Of a DNA stretch of 64,000 nt, positions 32,656 to 41,931 are shown in pieces. The stretch lies in the IMG/VR virus record IMGVR_UViG_3300035182_002586, positions 464,958 through 528,957 of that record. One strand, written 5' to 3'. The notes below the pieces were generated by a model that saw only the letters and a list, made by a program, of their open reading frames with translations, did not search any database and was not told the origin of the DNA. Each line of letters begins with the position of its first letter. Position 1 is the first letter of the stretch. The position numbers and the translations under genes were made by a program.

Positions 32656-33488
32656 ATGCTCGCCCACGCTACGCTCGACGCACGCCCCGGTTGGACCGAA
32701 GGGCTCAAGGACCTCCCGCCCGGCGCCCACGTCGCCGTTCTCGGAGCCCGCCCCTCCCACTGCATGGAGGGCCGACGCGCCGGCCTGGAGTTCCGGGACA
32801 CCATCCTCCTCGTCACGGCCAAGGGCCTCTCCGCCGCCGCCCTCTTCCGCCTCCCGTTCGACGGCACCGTCGCGACACAGATGACGAAGACGGCCACGGG
32901 CGGCCTCTGGGTCGACGGGTGCCGCGTCAGCACCACACCGAGCGACGATATCTTCGCAAAAAACCCCACACAAGGGGAGGGTTCGGACACGGGAACGCGC
33001 AAGTCTATGGGGACAGCGCAGGAGCCCCCAACTACAACCCGTCCTCCGGACGCTGGCCCTCGAACCTCGTCCTCGTGCACGAGCCCGGCTGCCGATGCGA
33101 GGGGACCAAGCGGGTGAAAGGGTCCAACGATCCCCGCCGCGCCGACGGTACGCTCAACTCTGGCGGCACCTTCGGAGCTGGCGTTACACCCAACGCCAGC
33201 GTTCGAGTCTTCCGAGACGAGGACGGCAAGGAGACCGTCCCCGCCTGGATCTGCGCCCCCGGCTGCCCTGTCGCTGCCCTGGATGGGCAGAGCGGCGATC
33301 GCAAGAGCGCAGGCAACTACCCCACGACATACAGCAACGGTGGAGGCTTCACACACGGAGACACCGGCAAAGGCTTCCAGGGACCTCTCTACGACGATGC
33401 CGGCGGAGCCTCCCGGTTCTACCCGCAGACCGAGGGCCCGGACCAGGCCAGGGCTTGGATCTCCCGCCTCATCGGCGGTCCCTCATAG
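32656..33488 (+). CDS. DNA-methylase-derived protein without catalytic motifs, split by a -1 frameshift at 32958-32964
   Basis: Frame 1 HVAVLGAR...GLEFRDTI...GGLWVDGCRV continues in the -1 frame as GRWPSNLVLVH...CAPGCPVAALD...GGASRFY; colinear with paralog 43927-44802. Confidence 0.75.
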
Positions 33489-33789
33489 CTCCACGCCCTG
33501 CTGGAGACGCACCCAGAGAGGGGAGAGCACCTCGATGCGCTCCCGGTAATACCGGATCCGGACGTCCAGGTAACCCGCCATGCGGCGCAGCTCCCGCTCG
33601 TGCAATCGCCTCTGGCGCCACACGACGTACCGCTTGTGCCACCCCTCGTGCGTCATCACACGGGGCCCGCCCCACGACATACGACGCGTAGGCGGACGCA
33701 CCGACGTGGCCCGAGACAACCGGACAAGGACAATGCGCTTACGGAAGTCCGCTCGCGCTAGCTTCTCCTGCCAGTAGACCAGGGATCGC

Positions 33790-34005
33790 ATGGGGTAGTA
33801 CCCGCCTATCCCCCGGCGGGCATGGGGGCAACGATAGACCGCCCCTGCTTCTCGTCGCGTTCGGACAATCTCAACTAGGGAACCAGCGCTTCACTCCTGG
33901 CACTTCACCGTGTTCGCCAGGCCGGGACCCACATACGCAGGACTTCCCGGAACGCGCCGGAACAGGGCGCTACGCCAGGGCCATTTACATTGGGCGGCCC
34001 TGACG
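33790..34005 (-). ncRNA. Candidate structured non-coding RNA or long leader
   Basis: GGTGTAGA motif at 34013-34020 (minus) followed by at least five hairpins and no convincing ORF. Confidence 0.3.
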
Positions 34006-34523
34006 AACGCACTCTACACCGACTACGGCGCCAGATCATTCGACGACATGCTCACGACAGAGACACGTCTTCACCTCGACCCGCCGCCGCAACGCGAGAT
34101 GGTACGGACACGGGACGTACCCGAAGTCTCCGTGCTTCTTCACTGCCTTCGCCACCAGAGCGCGGTACCACGTCCACGTCGATCCACGTAGCATCGTGTG
34201 CCACGGACCGATGAAGAACGCGATGCAGCACAAGGGCATTTCACTGTGAACCCCACAGCGGATGTCGCCGATCCGGTTCTCGATGAAGCCCAGCCAACGG
34301 TCCGCTCGACCGCCGAGCCGCGCCGTCACCGGCTCCCACGAGAGATCCAGAGAGAACCCCCGGGGCCCGCTCCGCGTTGCACGGTACAGTTTGCTTTCTG
34401 CGTCGACGCCAAAACCGTCGACGCAGACGACCGCGAACCCCTTCTGGCGAAGCATCGCCACCGCTTCCTCCAGAGTGTGCTTCTCCCGGAAGTGCGTGTG
34501 CAAGCCGATGTAGACAGGGTATC

Positions 34524-35000
34524 TCACGACTTCGGGACCTTCACGTCCAAGTCCTGAAGCGCGAACGCCAGGTCCGCCAGTCGACTGTCCTGACGGACAT
34601 CGATCCCCCCGAGCTTGCGCGACACGTCCGCCAAGCCCCTGTCGTCCACGTCGAAGTCCCCGACCTCCGACAGGTCCGAGACCCACGCCTCCGGATGACC
34701 GATCGCCTGGAGCACCCGGTCCATGTAGGGAGCGAGACCCGCCACGTCCCGCTGAGGAGCTGCCTCGATCCTCAGCTTCCCCTCGTACGCCGCACGCCGA
34801 AGACGATCGCCGTCGTTCTCGTGCTCCGGCGCATGCGTGAAGTGGTCCCGGAAGTATACCTCCGGCAACACGCTGTACTTCGAGCGGTCCGCCAACGGAT
34901 GCAGCAAGACCAACGGCTCTCCCGTCATCTCATGCTCCGCCGTCAACAACACGTAGTACAGCGCCCCGTCCGCGCGCTTGTAGACCCCAGGGCTCGTCAC
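34524..35000 (-). CDS. DUF1653-like N-terminal domain protein
   Basis: PGVYKRADGALYYVL...EHEMTGEPLVL...PEVYF. Confidence 0.55.
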   Translation of the reverse strand: MTSPGVYKRADGALYYVLLTAEHEMTGEPLVLLHPLADRSKYSVLPEVYFRDHFTHAPEHENDGDRLRRAAYEGKLRIEAAPQRDVAGLAPYMDRVLQAIGHPEAWVSDLSEVGDFDVDDRGLADVSRKLGGIDVRQDSRLADLAFALQDLDVKVPKS

Positions 35001-35849
35001 GGCGCGTGCAACCGACAGTCGCGACGACCGCACCAGCACCCGACCTGGACCTTACGGATCACCCGGACCCTCTTCCTTTTCATCGCGTGACCTCCTCTCC
35101 CACCGACGATCCGCCTCGACCGCCGACCGGTCCCTCACCTTCCGAATGCCCCCGCGAAGACGAAGACACCCCCAAGGGTCACAGAGCGGACAGTACGGCT
35201 CCAACGGCCCCTGCGCGCGCTGCATGCGACGAGTAGCCTTCGACCCAGAACTCTTCTTCTGCTGCATGGTTGTACCTCCGAACCTACGGAGGCACACCAC
35301 CTCGACCTACACTCACTTCTTCCCCCGGTTCGCCAGCATCTCGCCAAGCGTGGCCCCGAACGCCTTCGGCTTCGAGGGGGTGACACGAGCCACCGTCCGC
35401 AAGGCGCCACGTTGCACCGGAGTCCACACAGCCGGCTCCGGAGAAGCCATCCCCCGGACCGCACGCTGACGGAGAAGCTCCTCCTCCGCCTCGAAGATCG
35501 CACGGTCCATCGCCGCGTCCCGAGAGAGACCGCTCTTCTCCTCCAGCTCCAGGGCCCGAGCCGTCATCGCCTCGACGACCTTCGGAGACGACAAGACCCG
35601 GAACTCCTCGTCCGTCAGATCCCGCGTCGGCTTCGGAACCGGCTCCATCTCACCCAACCTCCGCCCGGATGTCCCGGATCCCCACCCGCTTGCGCACACG
35701 CCGCGTCGCCCGCTTGATCGCCTTGCGGGCCTTGCGACGACACCGAACCTTTGATGCGCCGTAAGGGCCCGGTTTGCCACTCGGACCGTCCGGCCAGTTC
35801 GTCCGAGCCAACGCGTCCTTCAACGCCTCGACCTTGCGCTCGAACTTCA

Positions 35850-36227
35850 TCACATGCCCTTGGCGTAGTCCTCGCAGCTCATGAACTCGCAACCGAGAAG
35901 CGTCCCGATCAGCTCCGCCAGAACCACCGCGTCCGCCATCGACGAGTTGAGCTTACGCTCCACGTAGTTCGGCGCCAGGTAGCCACCGTCGCTCGGCACC
36001 ACCATCGAAGGCGCACGGAACCCGTTCACCCACGACACGAGAACCCCCGTCCCCTCCCGACCAAGACCACAGGCCGTGCACGCCTCCGGTCCGAGCCGCC
36101 CCAACTCCGTCAGGACCAGGACGTACCGCGTCCCGTTCCCCGGTTGGTACTCCACGAAGCGCGCCCCCTCGGCCTCGCTCTGCTTCGTGATCCCCTCCGC
36201 CACCGTCGCTTTGGTTCGCAGCTCCAT
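35850..36227 (-). CDS. Hypothetical protein (EYQPGNGTRYVLV) immediately downstream of the CRISPR array
   Basis: 125 aa; own GGTGTA motif (tacacc 36237-36242). Confidence 0.7.
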   Translation of the reverse strand: MELRTKATVAEGITKQSEAEGARFVEYQPGNGTRYVLVLTELGRLGPEACTACGLGREGTGVLVSWVNGFRAPSMVVPSDGGYLAPNYVERKLNSSMADAVVLAELIGTLLGCEFMSCEDYAKGM

Positions 36228-36261
36228 ACCCTCATCTACACCGGGGTCGGGTCATAACTAT

Positions 36262-36881
36262 GTCTCGGCGTACCGAGCAATCTGCGTGCGTTCCTAGTTG
36301 GCCTCGCCCCGTGAGAGGCCGGTGACCACGACGCGTCTCGGCGTACCGAGCAATCTGCGTGCGTTCCTAGGGGTGAGCAGGAGGTTCGACATGCACGACG
36401 ACGACGTGTCTCGGCGTACCGAGCAATCTGCGTGCGTTCCTAGTCACCATCGTCGAGGGGACGGGGTTGGGCTTCACCGTGTCTCGGCGTACCGAGCAAT
36501 CTGCGTGCGTTCCTAGTACTCGCCGAGGTCTTGAGGGTCTGCGTCGAGGGCTTGTCTCGGCGTACCGAGCAATCTGCGTGCGTTCCTAGCCCTCGGCCGT
36601 CGCACGCTTCGCCGTTCGTGTGTACCGTCTCGGCGTACCGAGCAATCTGCGTGCGTTCCTAGTTGCGACGTTCGAGGCCGACCAAGGCTCCGGTATCGTC
36701 TCGGCGTACCGAGCAATCTGCGTGCGTTCCTAGGCGCCTCGAAGCAGATCACGTGATCCCATGGGTCACTCGTGTCTCGGCGTACCGAGCAATCTGCGTG
36801 CGTTCCTAGCGAGAGGGCTCTCCCGAACAGGAAGGACCTTCCTCAGTCTCGGCGTACCGAGCAATCTGCGTGCGTTCCTAG
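36262..36881 (-). CRISPR. CRISPR array: 9 identical 36-nt repeats, 8 spacers (35-40 nt)
   Basis: Plus-strand repeat GTCTCGGCGTACCGAGCAATCTGCGTGCGTTCCTAG at 36262, 36335, 36408, 36481, 36554, 36627, 36698, 36774, 36846. The minus-strand form CTAGGAACGCACGCAGATTG-CTCGG-TACG-CCGAG-AC has the ATTGC-stem-loop-GAC 3' end typical of CasPhi repeats. Confidence 0.99.
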
Positions 36882-36888
36882 GGACCGC

Positions 36889-39279
36889 CTAAATGCTGAG
36901 TGTGTCTGAGGGGTTGTACACCGGATTGCGAGAGGCGTCACCAGGAGACTTGTCCACCCCGTCGTCAGACGAGCCCTCCTGGACAGACGGCTCCGTTTTC
37001 TGCTTAGGTTTCAGAGGCTTGCGAGCCTTGCGAGCGGTCCCCGCCTTTTGAACGTCACCCGACCGCTCGCGAACCGGGGGCTTCGGCATGGCCTTACCGG
37101 TCAGAGCAACACGCTCAATGTTGTCCGTCGCGACCTCCAGGTCCGCGTGAAGCGTCGCCCCACACTGGAGGCAAACGAACTTCTCCCCATTGCGGTTACC
37201 CTTGTCACAGTGGCCGCACCGCGGGCACGTCATGCTCGTCCGCTGCGGAGTGACTTCGATGACGTACGACCCACGGTGAAGGCCGAGGTCTGAGAACGCC
37301 TTGTGGAGCGCTTGGATGACCCAGCGATTCTCTTTCTTCGCCGTGAAGAAAGCGTCCCAGCCCCGATCCCGCTTCCCCTTGCCGTGGAAGAAGCCGACGT
37401 TCAGGTCCTCGATGACGAACACCACACGCTCGCACTGCGTGTACCTCTTCGCCTCACGCTCGATGAAATTGACGCACCGACGAGCCAGCTCCAACTTCTG
37501 CTTCGCCAGCTTCGCGAAGGTCGGGTGGGCCCGCTTGAGGTCGAGCACGGCCTTGTTCAGAGCATCGCGCGTGTCCTTCGTAAGCCGGGGCCGCACACCC
37601 TCCATGCGAGAGATGCGCAGGTCGCGGAACTTGAGGGTCTCGCCCTCCTTGTTCTTGAAGTAGACGAGAGACTCGTCACCCCCCTTGCGGAGCACCGCGT
37701 CCACGATGAACGTGCTGTGCCCGGTCATCTCTCCCCACGGCACGTCCTGCGGACTGATCGAGTACTTTTCGCAGACGCGACGACGAGCGACTTCCACGCT
37801 CACGTCACACACACGGGTGATCTCCGCCTGCTGCTCGGGCGTCATCGTCTCGAACGCCTGCGCTCGAATGGCGTCCTCGAAGGCATCCATCCGCTTACGG
37901 TAGCTGGACAGCTCCCCAAGCAGCACGTCGGAGAGGAACATCCGGTGAACCGGCTCCGCAACCAGAGCGCCCTCCTGCGCCCGAACGCGGGAGACCTTCA
38001 TCGAGGCCGGGTTCGTCTGCCCAAGGTCCACCGATACGAGAGCGATCTCTTCCTTGGCCACAAGGCTCTCCAGAAGGGCCCGTGACCTAAACGTCGGGAC
38101 CGTCTTCCGTGAGTGCACGTCGACCTGACCGAGTTTGTACGTGAAGGTGATGAGCCCGCGCTGAACGTCAAAGACAGGGTACTCCGTGAAGAGGCCCAAG
38201 AGCGAATTCAAGCTCAGGCCCTCTTCTGGAGTGAAGCCGCGACGGCGGGCATCACGGAGAAGCCCCCGCACATCGATGATGGCCCAGTCCTCGCCGATCG
38301 AGATGGAGACGAGCAAAGCGTCCTTCGCGCTCGCCTTCTTGAGCGCCTCGGGGTCGTACTTCGAGGTACGGCCCGGCTTCGGCTTGTGACACGCGTTCGA
38401 GTACCACTTGCGCTGACGGCGAGACCCCTCACGCAGCGGGAACTTGTTCCTCTCCGGATCCCGCTGCCACTCGGGCACGTAACCACGCTCACCCTTCGGG
38501 ATGCTCAGCCTACCCTCCGGTAGACTCTCTACCAGAACCGCGTCAGGATCCCGCCGGTAGCCCGCGAAATCCACAGACATGCCAGAAAAGCCCTGAAGAT
38601 CCGTACACACACGCGGGGCCACCCCCTGGTAGCCGTAGATCGAAGGGTTCACCCCCGGAGGCTGGAGCAGACGACCCTCATCGTCCGTCGCGGACTCCAC
38701 CGTTACAGGAACTTCCGGGAGACCCTCCTCGACCCGACGCCGGTTCGCCCCCTCCTGACGCTTGAGGCTCTTCTTGTTCCGGTTCTCGACCTTCTTCAGA
38801 ACGCCCTTGAAACGGTTCACCGTGTTCTGAAAGATCGTATTCAGACCTTGAACCTGACGGTACCCGTAGTTCTCCACCCCCGTCTTCGCGAACCACTCCG
38901 CGTGACTCGGCTTGGATGTCCCCGGCGAGAACACGTCCAACTCCGCCACCGTGAGCCCGTAGACGTACTTCTGAATGGCCTCGGAGGCGCGAACGATCGG
39001 CCACTCCGAGAACGGGCGGCTCTGCGCCACGATCGTGCCCTTGGCCGGAGGTTTGAAGTTCGGAGGGTAGTCGCTCACCTTGTTGCGAAGGTATTCGACG
39101 CACGCCTCCTCACCCTCATGCTTGAGCTTCTTCCCCGCAGTCTTCTGATGGTCCTTCCGGAAACGGCCAGCCGGGAAGTGGGTCTTGATCACGTCGGAAA
39201 GCTTGAGGGTCGCGCTAGGAGCTGCCGCACCGCATTCACAATTCGTGGGCGCTACATCTGAGAGCGTGGGTCCAGGCAT
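36889..39279 (-). CDS. cas12j: CasPhi / Cas12j type V CRISPR effector nuclease
   Basis: 796 aa; RuvC-I VSVDLGQTNP, RuvC-II VIEDLNV, Zn ribbon CPRCGHC...CLQCG, RuvC-III HADLEVATDNI; CasPhi-like segments (HFPxxRF, PNFxPPAK, SRPFSEWPI, LLQPPGVNP, DVRGLLR, GWDxFFTAKKENRW); abuts the array. Confidence 0.97.
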   Translation of the reverse strand: MPGPTLSDVAPTNCECGAAAPSATLKLSDVIKTHFPAGRFRKDHQKTAGKKLKHEGEEACVEYLRNKVSDYPPNFKPPAKGTIVAQSRPFSEWPIVRASEAIQKYVYGLTVAELDVFSPGTSKPSHAEWFAKTGVENYGYRQVQGLNTIFQNTVNRFKGVLKKVENRNKKSLKRQEGANRRRVEEGLPEVPVTVESATDDEGRLLQPPGVNPSIYGYQGVAPRVCTDLQGFSGMSVDFAGYRRDPDAVLVESLPEGRLSIPKGERGYVPEWQRDPERNKFPLREGSRRQRKWYSNACHKPKPGRTSKYDPEALKKASAKDALLVSISIGEDWAIIDVRGLLRDARRRGFTPEEGLSLNSLLGLFTEYPVFDVQRGLITFTYKLGQVDVHSRKTVPTFRSRALLESLVAKEEIALVSVDLGQTNPASMKVSRVRAQEGALVAEPVHRMFLSDVLLGELSSYRKRMDAFEDAIRAQAFETMTPEQQAEITRVCDVSVEVARRRVCEKYSISPQDVPWGEMTGHSTFIVDAVLRKGGDESLVYFKNKEGETLKFRDLRISRMEGVRPRLTKDTRDALNKAVLDLKRAHPTFAKLAKQKLELARRCVNFIEREAKRYTQCERVVFVIEDLNVGFFHGKGKRDRGWDAFFTAKKENRWVIQALHKAFSDLGLHRGSYVIEVTPQRTSMTCPRCGHCDKGNRNGEKFVCLQCGATLHADLEVATDNIERVALTGKAMPKPPVRERSGDVQKAGTARKARKPLKPKQKTEPSVQEGSSDDGVDKSPGDASRNPVYNPSDTLSI

Positions 39280-39290
39280 GGCGGCGCCCG

Positions 39291-39296
39291 TACACC
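39291..39296 (-). promoter_or_regulatory. Class II motif GGTGTA upstream of cas12j (representative of many copies)
   Basis: 11 nt upstream of the cas ATG; the same hexamer lies about 8-15 nt before many starts (plus: 8160, 12158, 19135, about 23979, about 32637, about 52139, 60382, about 60708; minus as tacacc: 557, 8147, 34015, 36237, 41100, about 41946, about 44814, about 58085, 60367, about 62611). Confidence 0.65.
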
Positions 39297-39341
39297 AGAT
39301 CGCTCGCCATCAGATCGACTCTCGGTACGCACCCAACGCGC

Positions 39342-39920
39342 TCACAGCACGTGGTGGAAGCTGACCGTGATCTGAGCGATCTCTCGACGGTCGAGATGCG
39401 TCACGACCGGGGCGTTCATCCGAGCCCATTCCCGACTCTCGTATATCTTCGCGATCTGCGCCAACTGGTCCTGACGCTCCCGGCTCGGCACCACACGGCG
39501 GATGTCGTCCCACTCCCCCCGGAAGATACGAACCGGGTCCAGACGGTAAGGCACCTCCTTGTGCCGATGGTCCATTCCCACCAGCCCGGCGCCTTCCGGG
39601 ACCGGACGCAGGAGATGCCCTCCCCACTCGCTCCCGTCCGCCTTGTACACGTGGATCTCCATCGGATGGTAGATGTCCGGGGTCCGGCTGATCTCCTCCA
39701 CACCCTTCCAGAACCGCTCGACCAGATCGTCCAGCTCCGGACACGGACCGTGCTCCCGCGGGTTCAGATAGTTGCCCGTCTGCCGCTCCGTGAACTTCAC
39801 CGGCAAGACCAGGAACCCGAGCCCGTGCCGGACCCGCGCCCGCGGAACCTCCCGGGAAGTAGGGGCCGGAGCCGCAGGAAGAGCCGCCAGAGCCTTCAAG
39901 AACGATCGACGCTCAGTCAT
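39342..39920 (-). CDS. Hypothetical protein with twin-arginine-like N-terminus (MTERRSFLKALAAL)
   Basis: 192-aa ORF directly upstream of cas12j. Confidence 0.65.
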   Translation of the reverse strand: MTERRSFLKALAALPAAPAPTSREVPRARVRHGLGFLVLPVKFTERQTGNYLNPREHGPCPELDDLVERFWKGVEEISRTPDIYHPMEIHVYKADGSEWGGHLLRPVPEGAGLVGMDHRHKEVPYRLDPVRIFRGEWDDIRRVVPSRERQDQLAQIAKIYESREWARMNAPVVTHLDRREIAQITVSFHHVL

Positions 39921-40100
39921 GACCCTGTTCTACGCCAGAGCACTGGAGCGAGAAGCTAGGAACCGGGGCCATTTCCTGCGCTGCGGCCAAAATTAGGTAT
40001 CCAACCGAAATTCGGACCCGGGGGCTAGGGGCCGGACTCTTCGATCAGGGGGGTGGGGGGTCAACCAGGGGCCTGAACCGGACCGGGATCGTGGGCTCTG

Positions 40101-41087
40101 CTAGGGGCTGAACACCTCGTCTCCCTCCATAGGCAACCCATCGAACATCCTCAGGAAAGGGTCGACAACCTCTACCACGGGAACAGGTTTGAGCGCTTCT
40201 GCTTGGATGTAGTCCAGAAGCTCGGGATCAGGTCGGAACCACTCTCCGCGCAAACGCAGATGCTCGAACCTGAGATGCAGGTCTGCCTCGCTGTCCTTCG
40301 TGCCCAAGGTAGTCAGTAGGACCACCACCCGATCCGGAAGGGCGGTCTTCAAGGCTCGGAGACGGTAAAGAGGGCGCTGTGTAAAGCCGATCTTGACAGG
40401 TCGATCTGGAGACCCTGCCTGAACGAAGTACACACGCTGGATGTTGTCACCCCAGGACCAGAAGCGATCCTCGTCCCGTCGCAGTGCAAGGATCTCTCGC
40501 ACTTGTTCGACGTTGGGGCCCGTATAGAGGGGGTCGTAATCCTCGTCCACTTTGTGCTTCGCACGTCGGTGGTAGTCGAGGTCGTCCGGAAGCAAATCGC
40601 AGTCGGGGCAGCTACCTCGTTTGCGCACACCCTCACGAAGTAGCTGCTTGCGTGCACCAGCAGCCGCACGGCCTCCGCCCAAAGACGATGCTCGAAAGCG
40701 CTGAACTATCGCGTGTGGGAACTCAGCCAAGTACTCCGCTGCGGACAGTCCGTGCTTCTCTTGAAGATGCTTCTCTAACTGGTCTCTGCGGAGACACCCG
40801 CACTTTAGACACACGGCCACGTCCAGACCTACGACTAGGGCCTTGCCCGCTTTGAAGACCCGGTGCTCGGCCTGGAGGTGCGCTACGAGGCTGGAAACCG
40901 TCTCGAAGGTCTCGGCGCAGACCGGGCAAGTCGTCACTGCCTGCACAAGGGCCGGATGCTGCGGGTCTCGTTTTTCAGCACAATCTGAACAGATCGTACG
41001 AGCAGATCCGAAGAGGTCTTGGTCCCGATGGCGGTGGCACCCAGGGCAGAACCGGCCGCTTACGGCACCCTTGTGTAGAGGTCTCAC
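40101..41087 (-). CDS. Zinc-finger plus T5orf172/MUG113 (GIY-YIG-like) protein
   Basis: VYFVQA...VKIGFT...RL..L...E..LH.RF..LRLRGEWF; N-terminal C2H2-like (CPVC...HLQAEH) and MucR-like (C..C...HLQEKHGLS..EY) fingers. Confidence 0.85.
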   Translation of the reverse strand: MRPLHKGAVSGRFCPGCHRHRDQDLFGSARTICSDCAEKRDPQHPALVQAVTTCPVCAETFETVSSLVAHLQAEHRVFKAGKALVVGLDVAVCLKCGCLRRDQLEKHLQEKHGLSAAEYLAEFPHAIVQRFRASSLGGGRAAAGARKQLLREGVRKRGSCPDCDLLPDDLDYHRRAKHKVDEDYDPLYTGPNVEQVREILALRRDEDRFWSWGDNIQRVYFVQAGSPDRPVKIGFTQRPLYRLRALKTALPDRVVVLLTTLGTKDSEADLHLRFEHLRLRGEWFRPDPELLDYIQAEALKPVPVVEVVDPFLRMFDGLPMEGDEVFSP

Positions 41088-41301
41088 AGAGAGTGCCGAT
41101 ACACCCTACTTAGGCGTTTTCAGTCAGAATTTTTGAGCCAACCGGCCCCGGAAACCCACGGTCCCTCGCAGGGCAGAGTCGATTGACCCCATTACCGTGT
41201 TACTGGAACTTCGCCGATCGTCCGCCATATGTGGGTTCAATGTGCCCTTTTTGCAGATCGAGCAACCCAAAAGAGATAATGAGCGAGATCCGTGCCAACC
41301 C

Positions 41302-41931
41302 CTAGGGGACCCCCCCTCCCCCCTTGCCGGAGAGGGGCGTGCCAGACGCAGCGCGCCATACCGCGATCGGCATGTGGACCTCGGCGACGAGGATTCCGTA
41401 TTGACGGAACACGTCGATGACGAAGGCGAACCACGCAGGCACGTCCCGCTTGCGCGACGTGTAGGCAGCGACCTTCGAGTAGAGGGGCTTGGGGCCCGAC
41501 GCGTCGAGGACGAAGACCTCGACGGTCTTGGTGTTGGAGCGGATGGTGTAGGCAGTGCCCGCCTTGCTCTTCCCTTCCTCGACGATGACCGAGGGCGAGG
41601 GGGTGCGCTTGAGGGGGCCACCGGCCAGGCCGCCATCGGGGGGCTGGGGGGAGCCGAGCTTCTTGGCAGCCTGCGTGGTGAGGTACTTGGAGCGTCGGGC
41701 GGTGATGCCCCGGAGCTGGAGGGGTACGTACGCGAAGGTGCCGTGGTAGTCGCCTTCGGCTACGAGGGTTCCGCCTTGGGTGAAGACCCTAGCGGTCTCG
41801 ACCACCCCATCTGGCCAGGCGATCTCCAGGACATCCCCGCTGTGGAGGGGGGTTCCTTCCAAGTGCGGGACCCCCGCCTTGTCGGTGACGATCGGGGAGC
41901 GCTTCGGGGTCCGGGTCCGGGTGGCAGCCAT
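41302..41931 (-). CDS. Hypothetical protein
   Basis: 209 aa; divergent GGTGTA pair at about 41946-41961. Confidence 0.6.
   Translation of the reverse strand: MAATRTRTPKRSPIVTDKAGVPHLEGTPLHSGDVLEIAWPDGVVETARVFTQGGTLVAEGDYHGTFAYVPLQLRGITARRSKYLTTQAAKKLGSPQPPDGGLAGGPLKRTPSPSVIVEEGKSKAGTAYTIRSNTKTVEVFVLDASGPKPLYSKVAAYTSRKRDVPAWFAFVIDVFRQYGILVAEVHMPIAVWRAASGTPLSGKGGGGVP

Noticed and set aside
36298-36752. Track ORFs 36298..36516 and 36513..36752
   Set aside because: They run through the CRISPR repeats and are translation artefacts
36298-36845. Self-targeting spacers
   Set aside because: No match to other parts of this window was noticed by eye; this is not exhaustive and needs BLASTn against the full genome
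36889-39279. Interpreting the RuvC/Zn-ribbon protein as an IS200/IS605 TnpB
   Set aside because: It is about twice typical TnpB length, has CasPhi-specific N-terminal motifs, abuts a true repeat-spacer array, and no tnpA or IS ends are seen
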